Below, piece by piece: positions 1-10,348 of a stretch of DNA of 64,000 nucleotides. Source of the stretch: Candidatus Saccharimonadia bacterium (GTDB lineage Bacteria; Patescibacteriota; Saccharimonadia; UBA4664); NCBI GenBank assembly GCA_035544015.1, contig DATKIP010000010.1, positions 6,449 to 70,448 on the forward strand, in the 5' to 3' direction. The position numbers and the translations under genes are program-made. The stretch's first letter is position 1. Each line of letters opens with the position of its first letter. A model generated the notes under the pieces. It was not told the origin of the DNA and did no database searches. It saw only the letters and a program-made list of their open reading frames with translations.

Positions 1-147
1 ACGCACCAGATCAGCCGAGCTACGATGGCCGCTCTCGTCCACCGGCGCGGTCACATCAAACTCGTCCTCCACCATTTGGGTAGGGATCAGCGCATCAAAC
101 CCCCGACCCAGACCCCGTTTACGCTCAGTTTTTGCCGGTTCGCTCAT
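1..147 (-). CDS. parB: ParB/Spo0J partition protein, N-terminal fragment (runs off window start)
   Basis: Manual translation from ATG at 147: MSEPAKTERKRGLGRGFDALIPTQMVEDEF...; the GLGRGxxAL motif is typical of ParB N-termini; directly downstream of parA. Confidence 0.85.
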   Translation of the reverse strand, partial: MSEPAKTERKRGLGRGFDALIPTQMVEDEFDVTAPVDESGHRSSADLVR

Positions 148-167
148 TGCTCTACAACCATCCTCAT

Positions 168-935
168 TTACCGCTTCACTCCTGCTCGTTTTTCTACTTC
201 TTTGGCCAGCGCCTTGTAACTTCGCGCCCCCTTGCTCCATCCATCATAATGCATAATCGTTTTACCAAAGCTCGGCGCCTCCGCCAAACGCACGTTCCGC
301 GGAATCACGGTGTCAAATACGGTATCGGGAAAATGCCGCTTCACCTCCTCGTGAACTTGCGCACTCAGACTCGTTCGCCCGTTGTGCATCGTCACCAACA
401 CTCCCATCAGCCTCAATTTCGGGTTGAGTCCCTTGCGCACCCGCTGCACGGTCTGCACCAATTGCCCCAACCCCTCCATCGCATAAAACTCCGCCTGCAC
501 CGGAATGATCAGCTCATGCGCCGCCACCAGCCCATTCACGGTCAAAATGCCCAGGCTCGGCGGACAATCAATCAGCACATAATCATAATCGAGCTGCTCC
601 AGCGCCTGCCGTAGCTTAAACTCACGCTGCGGCACCGCCACCAGCTCCACCTCCGCCGCCGCCAGCACCGGACTGGCCGGCAGCACATACAGCCCGTCCA
701 CCGCCGTCTCGCGCGCCACAGCCGCCGCCGGCGTGCCCTCTAGCAGCACATCGTACAAATCCCCACTCAACTGATCGCGCACGATCCCCAAGCCGCTCGA
801 GGTATTACCCTGCGGATCCAAATCTACCACCAGCACCCGCTTCTTGTTCGAAGCCAAATACGCACCCAGATTGATCGTGGTAGTAGTCTTACCCACCCCA
901 CCCTTCTGGTTCGCGATCGCGATTATCTTGGCCAT
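168..935 (-). CDS. parA: ParA/Soj ATPase
   Basis: ANQKGGVGKTTT deviant Walker A, DLDPQGN, IDCPPSLG, IPRNVRLAEAPSFG; likely start MAKII at 935 (ORF extends to 968). Confidence 0.96.
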   Translation of the reverse strand: MAKIIAIANQKGGVGKTTTTINLGAYLASNKKRVLVVDLDPQGNTSSGLGIVRDQLSGDLYDVLLEGTPAAAVARETAVDGLYVLPASPVLAAAEVELVAVPQREFKLRQALEQLDYDYVLIDCPPSLGILTVNGLVAAHELIIPVQAEFYAMEGLGQLVQTVQRVRKGLNPKLRLMGVLVTMHNGRTSLSAQVHEEVKRHFPDTVFDTVIPRNVRLAEAPSFGKTIMHYDGWSKGARSYKALAKEVEKRAGVKR

Positions 936-1011
936 CAGCCGCTTCCAACCCTCATATTCATGAGGCATTATACCAAACCGCCCTTACGCTTGGATACAGC
1001 CCCCGGCGCCG

Positions 1012-1311
1012 CTAACCAGCCACCACTCGCAAACTCTTCAGATCGTGCCTTACGGCGGTAATTTCGTCCTGCAGCGACGAAATCGCCGGGTCGAAATTAT
1101 ACTCCACAAAACCCATAAATTCCGCGTGCATAGCTTCCTTCATTTCATCAACACCCTCACGAATCATCGCACGCGTATACTCACGCTCTTTGTGTATCTC
1201 AGAGCGTACTTCCTTGCGGACTTCTTTACGTACTTCCTTGCGCACCTCTTTGCGCACTTCCTGCGCCACAATCTGCCGCACATCTTCCAGTGTAAAATCA
1301 ACCGTCGCCAT
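1012..1311 (-). CDS. Small coiled-coil protein with tandem EVRK repeats
   Basis: 99-aa ORF containing (EVRK)x4-EVRS; G-rich SD-like sequence and TATACT upstream. Confidence 0.65.
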   Translation of the reverse strand: MATVDFTLEDVRQIVAQEVRKEVRKEVRKEVRKEVRSEIHKEREYTRAMIREGVDEMKEAMHAEFMGFVEYNFDPAISSLQDEITAVRHDLKSLRVVAG

Positions 1312-1410
1312 ACCAACCCCTTATCCCTTCCAGTATATCGCACCCACCAGCAGATTATACCGAACAAAAACCGTATGACAACCATAAGCACCTCTTGGTA
1401 TAGTAGAATC

Positions 1411-1917
1411 ATGAACAACGAATCCCCACGCTCCCCAAAACCCCGTCGCCTCATCCTCGCCGTCAGTCTCGGCCTCACCGTCGCCGGCGCAGCCAGCGGT
1501 GTCTGGATCTGGCACATCACTCACCAACCCCTCTCAATCCCCACCACCATTGCCGAAAAAGCCCTATTCTCGCTCTACCTCCCCACAATCCTCCCGGACG
1601 ACTACGAGATCGATCCCGCCTCCTACGACACCGCCGAGGGCGTCCTCGTATTTTCGGCCGCCAACTCCAATGGTCACATCCTAAACTTTAGCGAACAACC
1701 CAAGTCCAAAGACTTCGACATCACCGCCTTTGAGCATCACCTCACCCACGCCACGAGCGTTCCCGCCGCCCGCTACCCGTCCGTCATCGGCCAAGACGAA
1801 ACCCACACCACCCTTCTCAGCACCCAAGCCGACAACACCTGGCTGCTCGTCACCACCAAAGCCACTGGCGCCGAAGCCGCCCTCAAGTTTATCGCCGCTC
1901 ACCTCCGAAAACAGTAA
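1411..1917 (+). CDS. Membrane-anchored extracellular protein (DUF4367-like)
   Basis: From MNNESP: single N-terminal TM, then FSLYLPTILPDDY-type motif; -10 box TATAGT 6 nt upstream of the ATG. Confidence 0.7.
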   Translation: MNNESPRSPKPRRLILAVSLGLTVAGAASGVWIWHITHQPLSIPTTIAEKALFSLYLPTILPDDYEIDPASYDTAEGVLVFSAANSNGHILNFSEQPKSKDFDITAFEHHLTHATSVPAARYPSVIGQDETHTTLLSTQADNTWLLVTTKATGAEAALKFIAAHLRKQ

Positions 1918-1927
1918 GCCCGGAGAC

Positions 1928-4900
1928 CTACCGCGCAGCCGTAAAGGTATTGCGGTATTGGAAATAATCTAAAACGAGCGCCCGACCCACCGTTCCGGCT
2001 TGTTTAATAATCGAAAAAGACGGCTCTGTACCATTCGTCGTACCGGTAGGTACGTTCGTCGCACTCGCGATACTGCCAATCGAAACATCGTCCACAAAGT
2101 ATTCGATGTTATTCGTGGCATGCACCCACACCTTGAAATGGTGCCAGCCGGCTGAAAAGCTTGTGGTCGAGGCTGTTTCCGTGACCGAACCACCCTTGGC
2201 CACCGCATAGACCCATTTCGTCGTACTTACTGCCCGATCAATTTTAAAATACATACCGTCGGTGCAAGCTCCAGTCTGACTATCACACAGACCCATATAA
2301 ACGTCATAATCATTGGTGGCATCTGGCACGGTCGGAATATTAACCGCAAATTCCATTTCTTCGCCTCCACCCACAATCGTTTGCTCGGGCCCGGCGCTAC
2401 CGTACCATACGCTCGCCTTCCCCGTCGTTGTGGTGCCGGTAATCATCGAAAACTGACCAATTCTCGTCGCCAAATCAGGACCAGTGGCGGCCGATGAAGA
2501 ACTAGTTCCACTCGCGCCTGAATTCCAATTTCTCCCCCCGTCCACAAATTCTTCTTCAATATTAAAGCCCCATAATAACCCCGCCGGATCATTACAAAAT
2601 CGCCACGAAGAATCATAATAACAACGCATTCGCCGATAGCCGGAATTGTAGTACATCGCTCCGTCAAGACCAGATGGATCGACGGCAACCGTCTTGGTAT
2701 CGAGCACCAGAACCGCCCCCACCGTATCGGGCGTCCGATTGCCCACATACACTCGGTCATTTGAAGTATCCACAAGCAGTTCTGACAATCCGCCACCATC
2801 CTGCACCTCAAAGGCGTCACCAGCCACCTTTACGAGCGCTGTCCCATCCACCTCCAGCATGCGCGACGGACTACCGGTACCAATACCCACTTTGCCCACA
2901 GCAATCGAACCATTGTAGGCCAGGAGTATGTTGCCATCGGTACCGCTATTGACCTTAGCCCCACCGTAGGCTAGCACGTCGCCACCGTTGGCGTTGCCGG
3001 TGGTGCCGGCCGCCGCCCCAGCCGCCAGCGTCAGCGACCCGCCGGCAACGCCCGTAGCCCCGCTGCCGCCGGCCCCCGCCGTCACCGTGAGAGCATTACC
3101 GGCCGCGTTGGTGGTGCGCGTAAGCACGTTCACGGCGCGCGTCGAGCCCTCGCCAAAGGTCAGATCGGCGCTCGCCACACTGGCCGTCGGCAAATTCACC
3201 CCGATCTGCCCCGACGAATTAACATCAAACAAAATCTTGGAGCTCCCCGCCAGATACAAAGGATATCGGTTGGTACCCGACGTAAGGTTATCCACATACA
3301 CCCCATACGCGTTGGTCGGCGCCACCGAGCCGGCGTTATCCGCCACCTTCAGCACATAGCTATTGGTCACCGCCGAGCTGAGCGTATTCTCAGCCAAAAT
3401 CCCAATCGCGTTCGTCACCGCCCCGGTACCACTATTCACAATAGTTTTTCCCGCAAATCCAATGAGCCGACCAGTCGACACGTTACTCCCCTGCCAGCTC
3501 ACCTGACTATAAGCCGCCATGTAATCCCCGCTATAAGTAATCGAGCCCCCGCTGGCGGGCTGGGCAATAAAGCCATTGCCCAAAGTCGTCGCTGAGTTGG
3601 CCGAGCCCGGCGATGTCGTCAGAGTAGATCGCGCCCCCACCCCAAATCCCGTAGTGTCACTATTGGTCATATCGATCGAGACCGTCGGAATCCCCCCGGT
3701 GGCCGTACCGGTCAAACTCACCGCCCCCGTCACCGTCAAACCCCCCGTACCCTGAATGAGCCCCGTCCCCGCATTCACCCCCACCGCCGTCAGTGCCCCG
3801 GCTGCACTCACCTTTGCCAATGTCGTACCCGCGCTGTTCTGCGCCTGAAACAAATCACCGCTTTGACTCACCGCACCCTGCACCACCAATACTGCGTTGC
3901 TAGCTGCATCTGAAACAAAGAGCCCACTGCTAGTCACCACCCCCCTACCCGAAGCCCAGGCATTACCAATCGTTCGGCTATAAACCCGGACAGTCGAACC
4001 CGTCCACAATTGAGCCCCCCATGCCCTCACCGTTCCCGATCCAGCGGTACCGCCGGGGAAAATAACCGCCACCATGTTACCCGTAAACCCCGTGCCATTC
4101 TGCGTCACACTAAACCGTTGCCAGGTCGTAGTAGCAGTCACCGTAGTTTTGGTTCCCGTCCCCAAAGTCGAACCATCAATACGCAAATCCACCGCCTGCG
4201 TGCCAGTGGTCGTTTTGAGCCACACACTAAAGATAAAAGTCGAACCCGACGCAACCAAAGTCGAGGGCTGACTCACCAAGCCACCAGGGCTACTATCGGC
4301 CAAACTCTCAGCAGTGGTAGAGGTATTCGGCGCCGCATCAGTATCAGCCACCGGAGTAGTCACGTTTGTCTTCGTCCAAACCGCATTGTCAAATTGCTCC
4401 GAATAGAGCAGACCATTCCCACTTTTTCCAATACCGCCAAAGGAACTATTGATAATACCCAACATCTCCAGATCTCCCCCCGCGTTCACTCGGCCAATGG
4501 TCGCCCCCGTGCTATCCTGTACCTGCAAAAAGTCCGCCGTCTGGCTGCTGGCGCCCTGAATCACCACGCCCGTGTTCGAGGCCACATTCGTTGCCACGTT
4601 CAAGGCCGTTTGCGACCCGCCAGCCGCCCCGGTCACGCCCACCGTCCCGGTCGCCGCCGATACCGTCAGATAATCCACGGTGGCGCCACTATTTTGAACC
4701 CGCAACAAGTACCCCGTTTGACTCGTCGATTGTTTTATCACGGCCGTATCAGCACTCGTGGAACCATTGTTGACCAGGGCAAAGTTGCCGTTCTGAAAGC
4801 CCGTACTATTCTGAATATAATTGCCCGAACCCGCCGCCGGCGTACACACCGTACCGCTACATACCGTCGTCCCGCCAATTTTGTATGCCCCCGAAGCCTG

Positions 4901-6145
4901 AATATTCACGCTCAAATCCGAAGCGCTGGCCGTCAGCAAGGTAGTAGCGTCGGACTTCAGCGCCAGATCCCCGCCGCTCGTCTTAAAATACGCCGTCGAG
5001 CTCCCGCCTTCCCACGAAAAACCCGCCAATCGATTCTCGCTCTGGCTCCACAGCGCAATCGCCGGCCACAAGTTACTATTCGTCCGCGCGTCAAACACCG
5101 ACAACCCTGTGCCGTGATCCGCTGCCGCACCGGTGAGCCCGGTCGCAATCACCGCCGCTCCCGCCGCCACGGCGTACTTTGAAACCGCCAGCGTACTCGG
5201 GATGCCGCCCGTCACCGCCGCGTACGATGTCAGATTCGAACCCGCCGCCGAGAAAATCGCTCCGCCGTTCACTTCAAACGTCGCCTGCGGATTAGCCGTA
5301 CCCAGATTCACCCCCACCCGGTTATTCGACGTATCCACGGTCAAAATATTGGTCGTCGTTCCCGCCTTTTGCACCACGAGAGCCGCCACAGAATCGGTGC
5401 TGGGCCGAAACACCGTCTGCCCCGCATTGTTAATCTGCAGCACCACCGCCGCGCCGCGCTGCAGGTTGATGATATCCGCGGTACCACCCGTCTTGTTGAT
5501 GCCGATCGAAGGGTTCGATGTCGAGCTGTCGGTTTGCACCCCCTGGGCCAGCTGCACAAATTGCCCGCTCGTCAGCCCACCCAACTTCCCTGCATTATCG
5601 GCCTGCAACGCATACACCGCCGAGCTGAGTCGCTTCATCGGCAGCAATTCGCCGTCGTACGTGGGCGTATTTGACACCGCCGTCCCGCCCACATCCATGC
5701 TCAGCCACAGCGTATCCTGGTTGAAGTCTATAGCCGTATTCGTGTTACCCTGGCAACTCCCCCCGCTAAACGCACAGTAAGTGCCAAGCGTCGCCGAGAA
5801 GTACCCGTTTTTGACCACCACCCCCGCCGACGACCCCGAGGCCACCGAATTTTGCCACAGCTCTGTCCACTTCAAGGTTCCGCCGGTATCACCTGCTACG
5901 TTACCCGGACCGTCTTGATAGATCTTAAACCGCAGGTTGTAATTACCGTCGGCCACCACCGCCCCAGTGTTGGTCAGCAAACGGCCTTGAAAATTAATCT
6001 GCTTATTAATCCCGGCTGCCGCCTGAACCGACGACTGACCGCCATCCCCCCCAACCACAACGAACCCAGCAACCGCGAGGGTCAGGGCTATACGTAGAGT
6101 GATGCGAACGAGACGCCGACAAAAACCGTGCTGGAGCTGACCCAT
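1928..6145 (-). CDS. Giant secreted fibre/adhesin, 1405 aa
   Basis: Signal peptide; GINKQINFQGRL...GNYNLRFKIY N-domain; G/T/S/A-rich beta repeats; LLYSEQFDNAVWTK...WGAQL CBM/phage-spike-like domain; C-terminal LamG/ConA-like WHHFKVWV...YFVD. Confidence 0.85.
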   Translation of the reverse strand: MGQLQHGFCRRLVRITLRIALTLAVAGFVVVGGDGGQSSVQAAAGINKQINFQGRLLTNTGAVVADGNYNLRFKIYQDGPGNVAGDTGGTLKWTELWQNSVASGSSAGVVVKNGYFSATLGTYCAFSGGSCQGNTNTAIDFNQDTLWLSMDVGGTAVSNTPTYDGELLPMKRLSSAVYALQADNAGKLGGLTSGQFVQLAQGVQTDSSTSNPSIGINKTGGTADIINLQRGAAVVLQINNAGQTVFRPSTDSVAALVVQKAGTTTNILTVDTSNNRVGVNLGTANPQATFEVNGGAIFSAAGSNLTSYAAVTGGIPSTLAVSKYAVAAGAAVIATGLTGAAADHGTGLSVFDARTNSNLWPAIALWSQSENRLAGFSWEGGSSTAYFKTSGGDLALKSDATTLLTASASDLSVNIQASGAYKIGGTTVCSGTVCTPAAGSGNYIQNSTGFQNGNFALVNNGSTSADTAVIKQSTSQTGYLLRVQNSGATVDYLTVSAATGTVGVTGAAGGSQTALNVATNVASNTGVVIQGASSQTADFLQVQDSTGATIGRVNAGGDLEMLGIINSSFGGIGKSGNGLLYSEQFDNAVWTKTNVTTPVADTDAAPNTSTTAESLADSSPGGLVSQPSTLVASGSTFIFSVWLKTTTGTQAVDLRIDGSTLGTGTKTTVTATTTWQRFSVTQNGTGFTGNMVAVIFPGGTAGSGTVRAWGAQLWTGSTVRVYSRTIGNAWASGRGVVTSSGLFVSDAASNAVLVVQGAVSQSGDLFQAQNSAGTTLAKVSAAGALTAVGVNAGTGLIQGTGGLTVTGAVSLTGTATGGIPTVSIDMTNSDTTGFGVGARSTLTTSPGSANSATTLGNGFIAQPASGGSITYSGDYMAAYSQVSWQGSNVSTGRLIGFAGKTIVNSGTGAVTNAIGILAENTLSSAVTNSYVLKVADNAGSVAPTNAYGVYVDNLTSGTNRYPLYLAGSSKILFDVNSSGQIGVNLPTASVASADLTFGEGSTRAVNVLTRTTNAAGNALTVTAGAGGSGATGVAGGSLTLAAGAAAGTTGNANGGDVLAYGGAKVNSGTDGNILLAYNGSIAVGKVGIGTGSPSRMLEVDGTALVKVAGDAFEVQDGGGLSELLVDTSNDRVYVGNRTPDTVGAVLVLDTKTVAVDPSGLDGAMYYNSGYRRMRCYYDSSWRFCNDPAGLLWGFNIEEEFVDGGRNWNSGASGTSSSSAATGPDLATRIGQFSMITGTTTTGKASVWYGSAGPEQTIVGGGEEMEFAVNIPTVPDATNDYDVYMGLCDSQTGACTDGMYFKIDRAVSTTKWVYAVAKGGSVTETASTTSFSAGWHHFKVWVHATNNIEYFVDDVSIGSIASATNVPTGTTNGTEPSFSIIKQAGTVGRALVLDYFQYRNTFTAAR

Positions 6146-6236
6146 TCCTCACAAACTACTTACGCTCTCATGGTACGCTGGCCTATCTGGAAACGCAAGC
6201 AGTATTAGCCTCGAAAAACCGTGGAAAAACCGAAAA

Positions 6237-7169
6237 TTACCGCTCCAAAAGCAAATGTCGACGACGCAATTTTCGCAGTTCGCGACGTTCGCCCAGCCAA
6301 AAAAATATCACCATCACCACCGCCAAACCATACAGCGGCCAGGCTGTCACCAATGCCCCCGGCAAGGCCCCCAGTCCGTGCGACGCGCCGTAAGCCTCCA
6401 CCGGTCCGTTCACGACCGTCACCACCTGAAGATAAGCCGTATTCCCCAAGCTGTCCGTCACGCGCACGATCACCTGATACGTCCCAGGCTGCGCGTAGGT
6501 GTGACGAGCCGTCACCGCCCCCTCTCCCGTCTGGCTCGACAAACTCGTGGCGTAATCGCCAAAATCCCAGCTCACCGCGTACGGACCCACGCCACCCACA
6601 ATCGTAATCGTACGCGCAATCTGTTCCCCCGGATTGCCCCCCAGCACTGTTTGGCTGGTCTCCAGAAACAGCTGTTTGCCCACCGTGCCCGCCGTCCGGT
6701 CCAGCGAGGGCGCATCATAAAACACCGTTACCGCCGGCGAATCCGGCCCAAATTGGCCGAGCGCATCGGATACCCGCGCTACCAAGCGATTGGCCCCAGC
6801 AAACAAGTCCACCAGCAGCGAAAAGGTGCCGTCGTCACGACACACGGTCGCGCCCGCAAATACCTCGTTTTTCTCGATCGTCACAAACGTCCCCGCCGGA
6901 CACGCTCCCGACACCGTCACCGGAATGCTCGAGGTATGCGAACCATCGCTGGGGCTCAGAATCGTCGCCGACACGCTCGGAGCCGGCCCGCGCACCGTGC
7001 CGATGAGCCCCACCGAGCCCGATTGCGGATTCACCGCCGGCGCCGCCGCCGAAACCGTCAGGCTCGCGCCCACCAGCAACAACCCCGATACCAGCAGCCC
7101 AAACAACAATCCCGCGTACGAAGTGTGCCGATGCGGCCTCACCCTGCCAAAATGCTCGTTGCCCAGCAT
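6237..7169 (-). CDS. Membrane protein with Ig-like and PKD domains (paralog 1)
   Basis: HRHTSY then TM; Ig domain with paired Cys; PYAVSWDFGD...HTYAQPGTYQV PKD motif; C-terminal TM ending FWLGERRE. Confidence 0.85.
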   Translation of the reverse strand: MLGNEHFGRVRPHRHTSYAGLLFGLLVSGLLLVGASLTVSAAAPAVNPQSGSVGLIGTVRGPAPSVSATILSPSDGSHTSSIPVTVSGACPAGTFVTIEKNEVFAGATVCRDDGTFSLLVDLFAGANRLVARVSDALGQFGPDSPAVTVFYDAPSLDRTAGTVGKQLFLETSQTVLGGNPGEQIARTITIVGGVGPYAVSWDFGDYATSLSSQTGEGAVTARHTYAQPGTYQVIVRVTDSLGNTAYLQVVTVVNGPVEAYGASHGLGALPGALVTAWPLYGLAVVMVIFFWLGERRELRKLRRRHLLLER

Positions 7170-8143
7170 TACCGGCGGTTATTCGCCTGTTCAATGATGT
7201 GCTGGTTGTACCGGCGCAGGCCCAATCGCAGCAGGAAGAACAATACCAACAGGCCCACCAGCACCAGCCCGATCAATCGCCACGGAATCACCCAAAACGT
7301 CAGCGTGCTATCGAGCTTTTTGTTCCCGGCGTACGTCAACGACAATTTGGCCGTATACCGACCAAACAGCCGCTTTTCGCTCCAAGCCAGCTCAAACCGC
7401 CGAATACTATCGGGCAGCACATTGCCACCTTTGTCGTTAACCTTCAGATTAGCTACCTGCCGGCCAAACATATTGGTGATCTTCACCGACCCCTGCGGTT
7501 TTTCGTGCACACTGCCGTCATTCTTGACCCGCACCAAAAAGTCCAGCGGCCCATACTCAAACCAAGGTCCCGGCTTACCCTGCCGCGTCACACCAAATTC
7601 CGTCAACGACAACTGATCTTTAATCTGCCCGCTCACTTTGAGCAATATCAACGTCCCCACGCTCGCCGACAAGGCCACGCCCGTACCCTCAAGCTCCGGC
7701 GGCACCGCCGTAAACCGCACCACCCCAAAGTGTCCGCCCGGCTCCGCGTTCGCCGGCACCGCAATGCTCACCGTAGTCGACTTCAATTCTTGCGGCGCCA
7801 ACCTCAAATCCGGCACCCCCGACACCCAATATTTAAGCGAAAACCGCGTGGCGCCCGTTTCATCGAGCAGCAACCTCGGCTTACCCTCTTCGTCGGCCCC
7901 GGCACCAAAGTCGTCGGCCTTGCCCTTGGCGATCAACTCACCGCGCGTCACATTGCGCACACGAATAGCAGCCGTGACCGTCTGGCCCGGATCCGCCTCG
8001 AGCTCGATCACGGGCGGCGAAATTTCCAATCCCTGGCCGGGCGAACCCACGGGCGGCGTGGGCGTGGAGGCCCAAGCCAACGTGGGGGCCACCATTACAA
8101 CGCCCAGGAGACTAATTAGTCCACTCACATACCACTTACGCAT
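7169..8143 (-). CDS. DUF916-like (WxL-partner/chaperone-like) membrane-anchored protein (paralog 1)
   Basis: Signal peptide; ISPPVIEL, VPANAEPGGHFG, KNDGSVH, LPDSIRRF, FGRYTA, FWVIPW + TM + basic tail. Confidence 0.8.
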   Translation of the reverse strand: MRKWYVSGLISLLGVVMVAPTLAWASTPTPPVGSPGQGLEISPPVIELEADPGQTVTAAIRVRNVTRGELIAKGKADDFGAGADEEGKPRLLLDETGATRFSLKYWVSGVPDLRLAPQELKSTTVSIAVPANAEPGGHFGVVRFTAVPPELEGTGVALSASVGTLILLKVSGQIKDQLSLTEFGVTRQGKPGPWFEYGPLDFLVRVKNDGSVHEKPQGSVKITNMFGRQVANLKVNDKGGNVLPDSIRRFELAWSEKRLFGRYTAKLSLTYAGNKKLDSTLTFWVIPWRLIGLVLVGLLVLFFLLRLGLRRYNQHIIEQANNRR

Positions 8144-8206
8144 TACGATCAGTGTATAGCATAAGCCAGATATGGCGCAACTCGACTGTTTACGAATGCC
8201 AAGCCA

Positions 8207-9229
8207 TTAAAACGAAGCAGTACAAATATATGTCATAGTCGCCGTATACACTCCCGCCGCCTGCGCGCCACCAATATTCACGATATACGATGACGTAAAC
8301 GTATTCGCGTTCGTGGGCGCCAGCCCCGCGGCCACCACGTCACCACTCGCGAACCGATACAAATCAGGCGTGCCATACGCACCGCTAAACGTCCCACTGC
8401 CCGCACCGCTCGGATCTGCCCCCAGCGCCGGGGTCCCATTGGCCCGCAAATTCAGGCCAAACTGGCTCGTCCCGATCACACTCCCCGTCTGCGTCGCCAA
8501 GGCTGGTATCGTATTTACACCCGACGCCAACGTGGTACCCGTAACAGTGATCGCGTAGCCATTCGCCGCATTCGTCTGCGCCTGCATCACGCTCGTGCCC
8601 GACCGCGTCACCGTGGGCGAAAAATCTCCAAAATCAATCGTCGAGCCACTTACCGTCGTGCAGTTGCCCGCAATCGACGTACCGACACAAAACACCAGAA
8701 TCTCCGGCGTCACCCCGGTAAGCTGCACCGGCTGGGCGGTACTCAGCGCCACCGTGCCCGTATCGACCGCCCCCGTTGCACCGTCGGTGCCCGTGTAGGT
8801 CGTAATGCGCACAAAGTAGCTCAAGTTGGCTGTGCTCGGGTTGGTGATAGACCCAAGCGTAAAACTCATGGCCGTTCCCGCACCCACCGGCGCCGCCGTG
8901 CGCGTAATATACGGCGCTCCATTCGAGCCGTTCACCATACTAAACCCGCCCGGGCTCTGCGCCGCCAACGTCGCGCTCGTAGTCACCACGCCAGCCGGCG
9001 TCACGCACGCCCCTGTGGGCGCACCACAAATCTGAAAACCCACGGAGCCGATGCTAGCCGCCGTCGCCGTGGTCGCGTTCACGGCGTAGCTGGTGCTCAC
9101 GCCCTGGCCGCTCGATCCCACCACCACATTGCGGGGCGCCAAGCCAGCCGCCTCGGTGGCCAGTGGCATCAATCCAGTCACCCACACCCCCGCCACTATG
9201 AGTCCAGTGCGCAGTTTGCCCATGATCAA
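8207..9229 (-). CDS. Secreted WxL/pilin-like subunit, family A3
   Basis: Signal peptide; NPSTAN-YFVRITTY, FCVGT, TNAANGY, QFGLNLRAN; ends AAGVYTATMTYICTASF. Confidence 0.8.
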   Translation of the reverse strand: MIMGKLRTGLIVAGVWVTGLMPLATEAAGLAPRNVVVGSSGQGVSTSYAVNATTATAASIGSVGFQICGAPTGACVTPAGVVTTSATLAAQSPGGFSMVNGSNGAPYITRTAAPVGAGTAMSFTLGSITNPSTANLSYFVRITTYTGTDGATGAVDTGTVALSTAQPVQLTGVTPEILVFCVGTSIAGNCTTVSGSTIDFGDFSPTVTRSGTSVMQAQTNAANGYAITVTGTTLASGVNTIPALATQTGSVIGTSQFGLNLRANGTPALGADPSGAGSGTFSGAYGTPDLYRFASGDVVAAGLAPTNANTFTSSYIVNIGGAQAAGVYTATMTYICTASF

Positions 9230-10317
9230 AACGTTGCAGTACAGATGTACGTTAACGTCGCCGTATACACACCTGCCGCTTGATCGCCGCCCACATTCAC
9301 GACATACGAGTTGGTAAACACATTGCTCTTCGTCACCCCCGCCACACTCGCTACCGTATCGCCATTGAAAAACCGAAAGCTATCGGGCGTGTTGTAGCCG
9401 CCAAATCCCGTCGCCGTACCGAGGCCGCTCACGTCCGTGCCCACATTGGGAGTCGCGTTATCGCGCACATTGGTGCCAAATTGCGCCACCCCTGTAGCAG
9501 CACTACAACTCGGCGTGCAACCGCCGGAATTCCCGCTCTGCGTCCCCATGGCCGCAATGGTGTTCGAGCCGCTCGTGAGCGTGGTGCCGTGAAGCGTGAT
9601 GGCGTAGCCAAAACCCGCATTGGTGCTCGCGCTCATGAGGCTCGTGCCGGTGTTCGTGGCTGTGGGCGAAAACACCCCCAGGTTCACCGCCGACCCCGTG
9701 ATATTGGTGCAATCGGTCCCGCTCGTTCCCACGCAAAACACGAGGCTCTCGGGCATCACGCCGCTCGCCACGATCTGGTTGGCCGTATCCATCGCCACCG
9801 CCCCAAAGTCCGTCCCCGGATACGCCGGCGCTGCAGCCGCCGCATCAGTATAGGTTGAGATGCGCAGAAAATACTCTTTGTTGCTAGCGCTCGGATTCGT
9901 CACATTGTTGAGCACCACCGAGGCCGCACCGTTCAAGGTAGCCGCCGAATGCGTCAGCACCAGATTCGTCCCCGAGGCCGAGGCGCCCGTCTGCGACCCC
10001 ACCGACCACCCCAAGCCGAGCGACATACTCCCAAGCGTCGCCGCCCCCAGGCTGGCCCCGCTCGAGTCACCCGTACCCGCACAGGCCGTAGTCAGCACCG
10101 GCGAGTCACAAATCTCAAATTTGATCGAGCCCAACGATTGGCTCCCCGAAAGCGTAAACCCAATCGTGTACGCCACCCCCGTGGCGCCCCCGGCCGAGGT
10201 CGACACCACCGCATTGCGGCTCGTCAGCTGGCCAGCCGCCTGCGCGACAGGCGATAACCCAGCACACACCACGAGCCCCACAACCATCGCCGCTATTATT
10301 TTTTTTGTTTGTTTCAT
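9226..10317 (-). CDS. Secreted WxL/pilin-like subunit, family A2
   Basis: Signal peptide; ICDSP, NPSASN-YFLRISTY, FCVGT, QFGTNVRDN; ends AAGVYTATLTYICTATF; 4-nt overlap with next gene. Confidence 0.8.
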   Translation of the reverse strand: MKQTKKIIAAMVVGLVVCAGLSPVAQAAGQLTSRNAVVSTSAGGATGVAYTIGFTLSGSQSLGSIKFEICDSPVLTTACAGTGDSSGASLGAATLGSMSLGLGWSVGSQTGASASGTNLVLTHSAATLNGAASVVLNNVTNPSASNKEYFLRISTYTDAAAAAPAYPGTDFGAVAMDTANQIVASGVMPESLVFCVGTSGTDCTNITGSAVNLGVFSPTATNTGTSLMSASTNAGFGYAITLHGTTLTSGSNTIAAMGTQSGNSGGCTPSCSAATGVAQFGTNVRDNATPNVGTDVSGLGTATGFGGYNTPDSFRFFNGDTVASVAGVTKSNVFTNSYVVNVGGDQAAGVYTATLTYICTATF

Positions 10318-10348
10318 AGCTTACTCACCCCCGCGGACGAGAAATCAA

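Noticed and set aside
1205-1265. CRISPR-like or slippage repeat
   Set aside because: 12-nt degenerate coding repeat without spacers; no CRISPR array or cas gene was seen in the window
1-1400. parS site or oriC near parAB
   Set aside because: No TGTTTCACGTGAAACA-like palindrome or DnaA-box cluster was noticed, and the strand skew does not switch in the window
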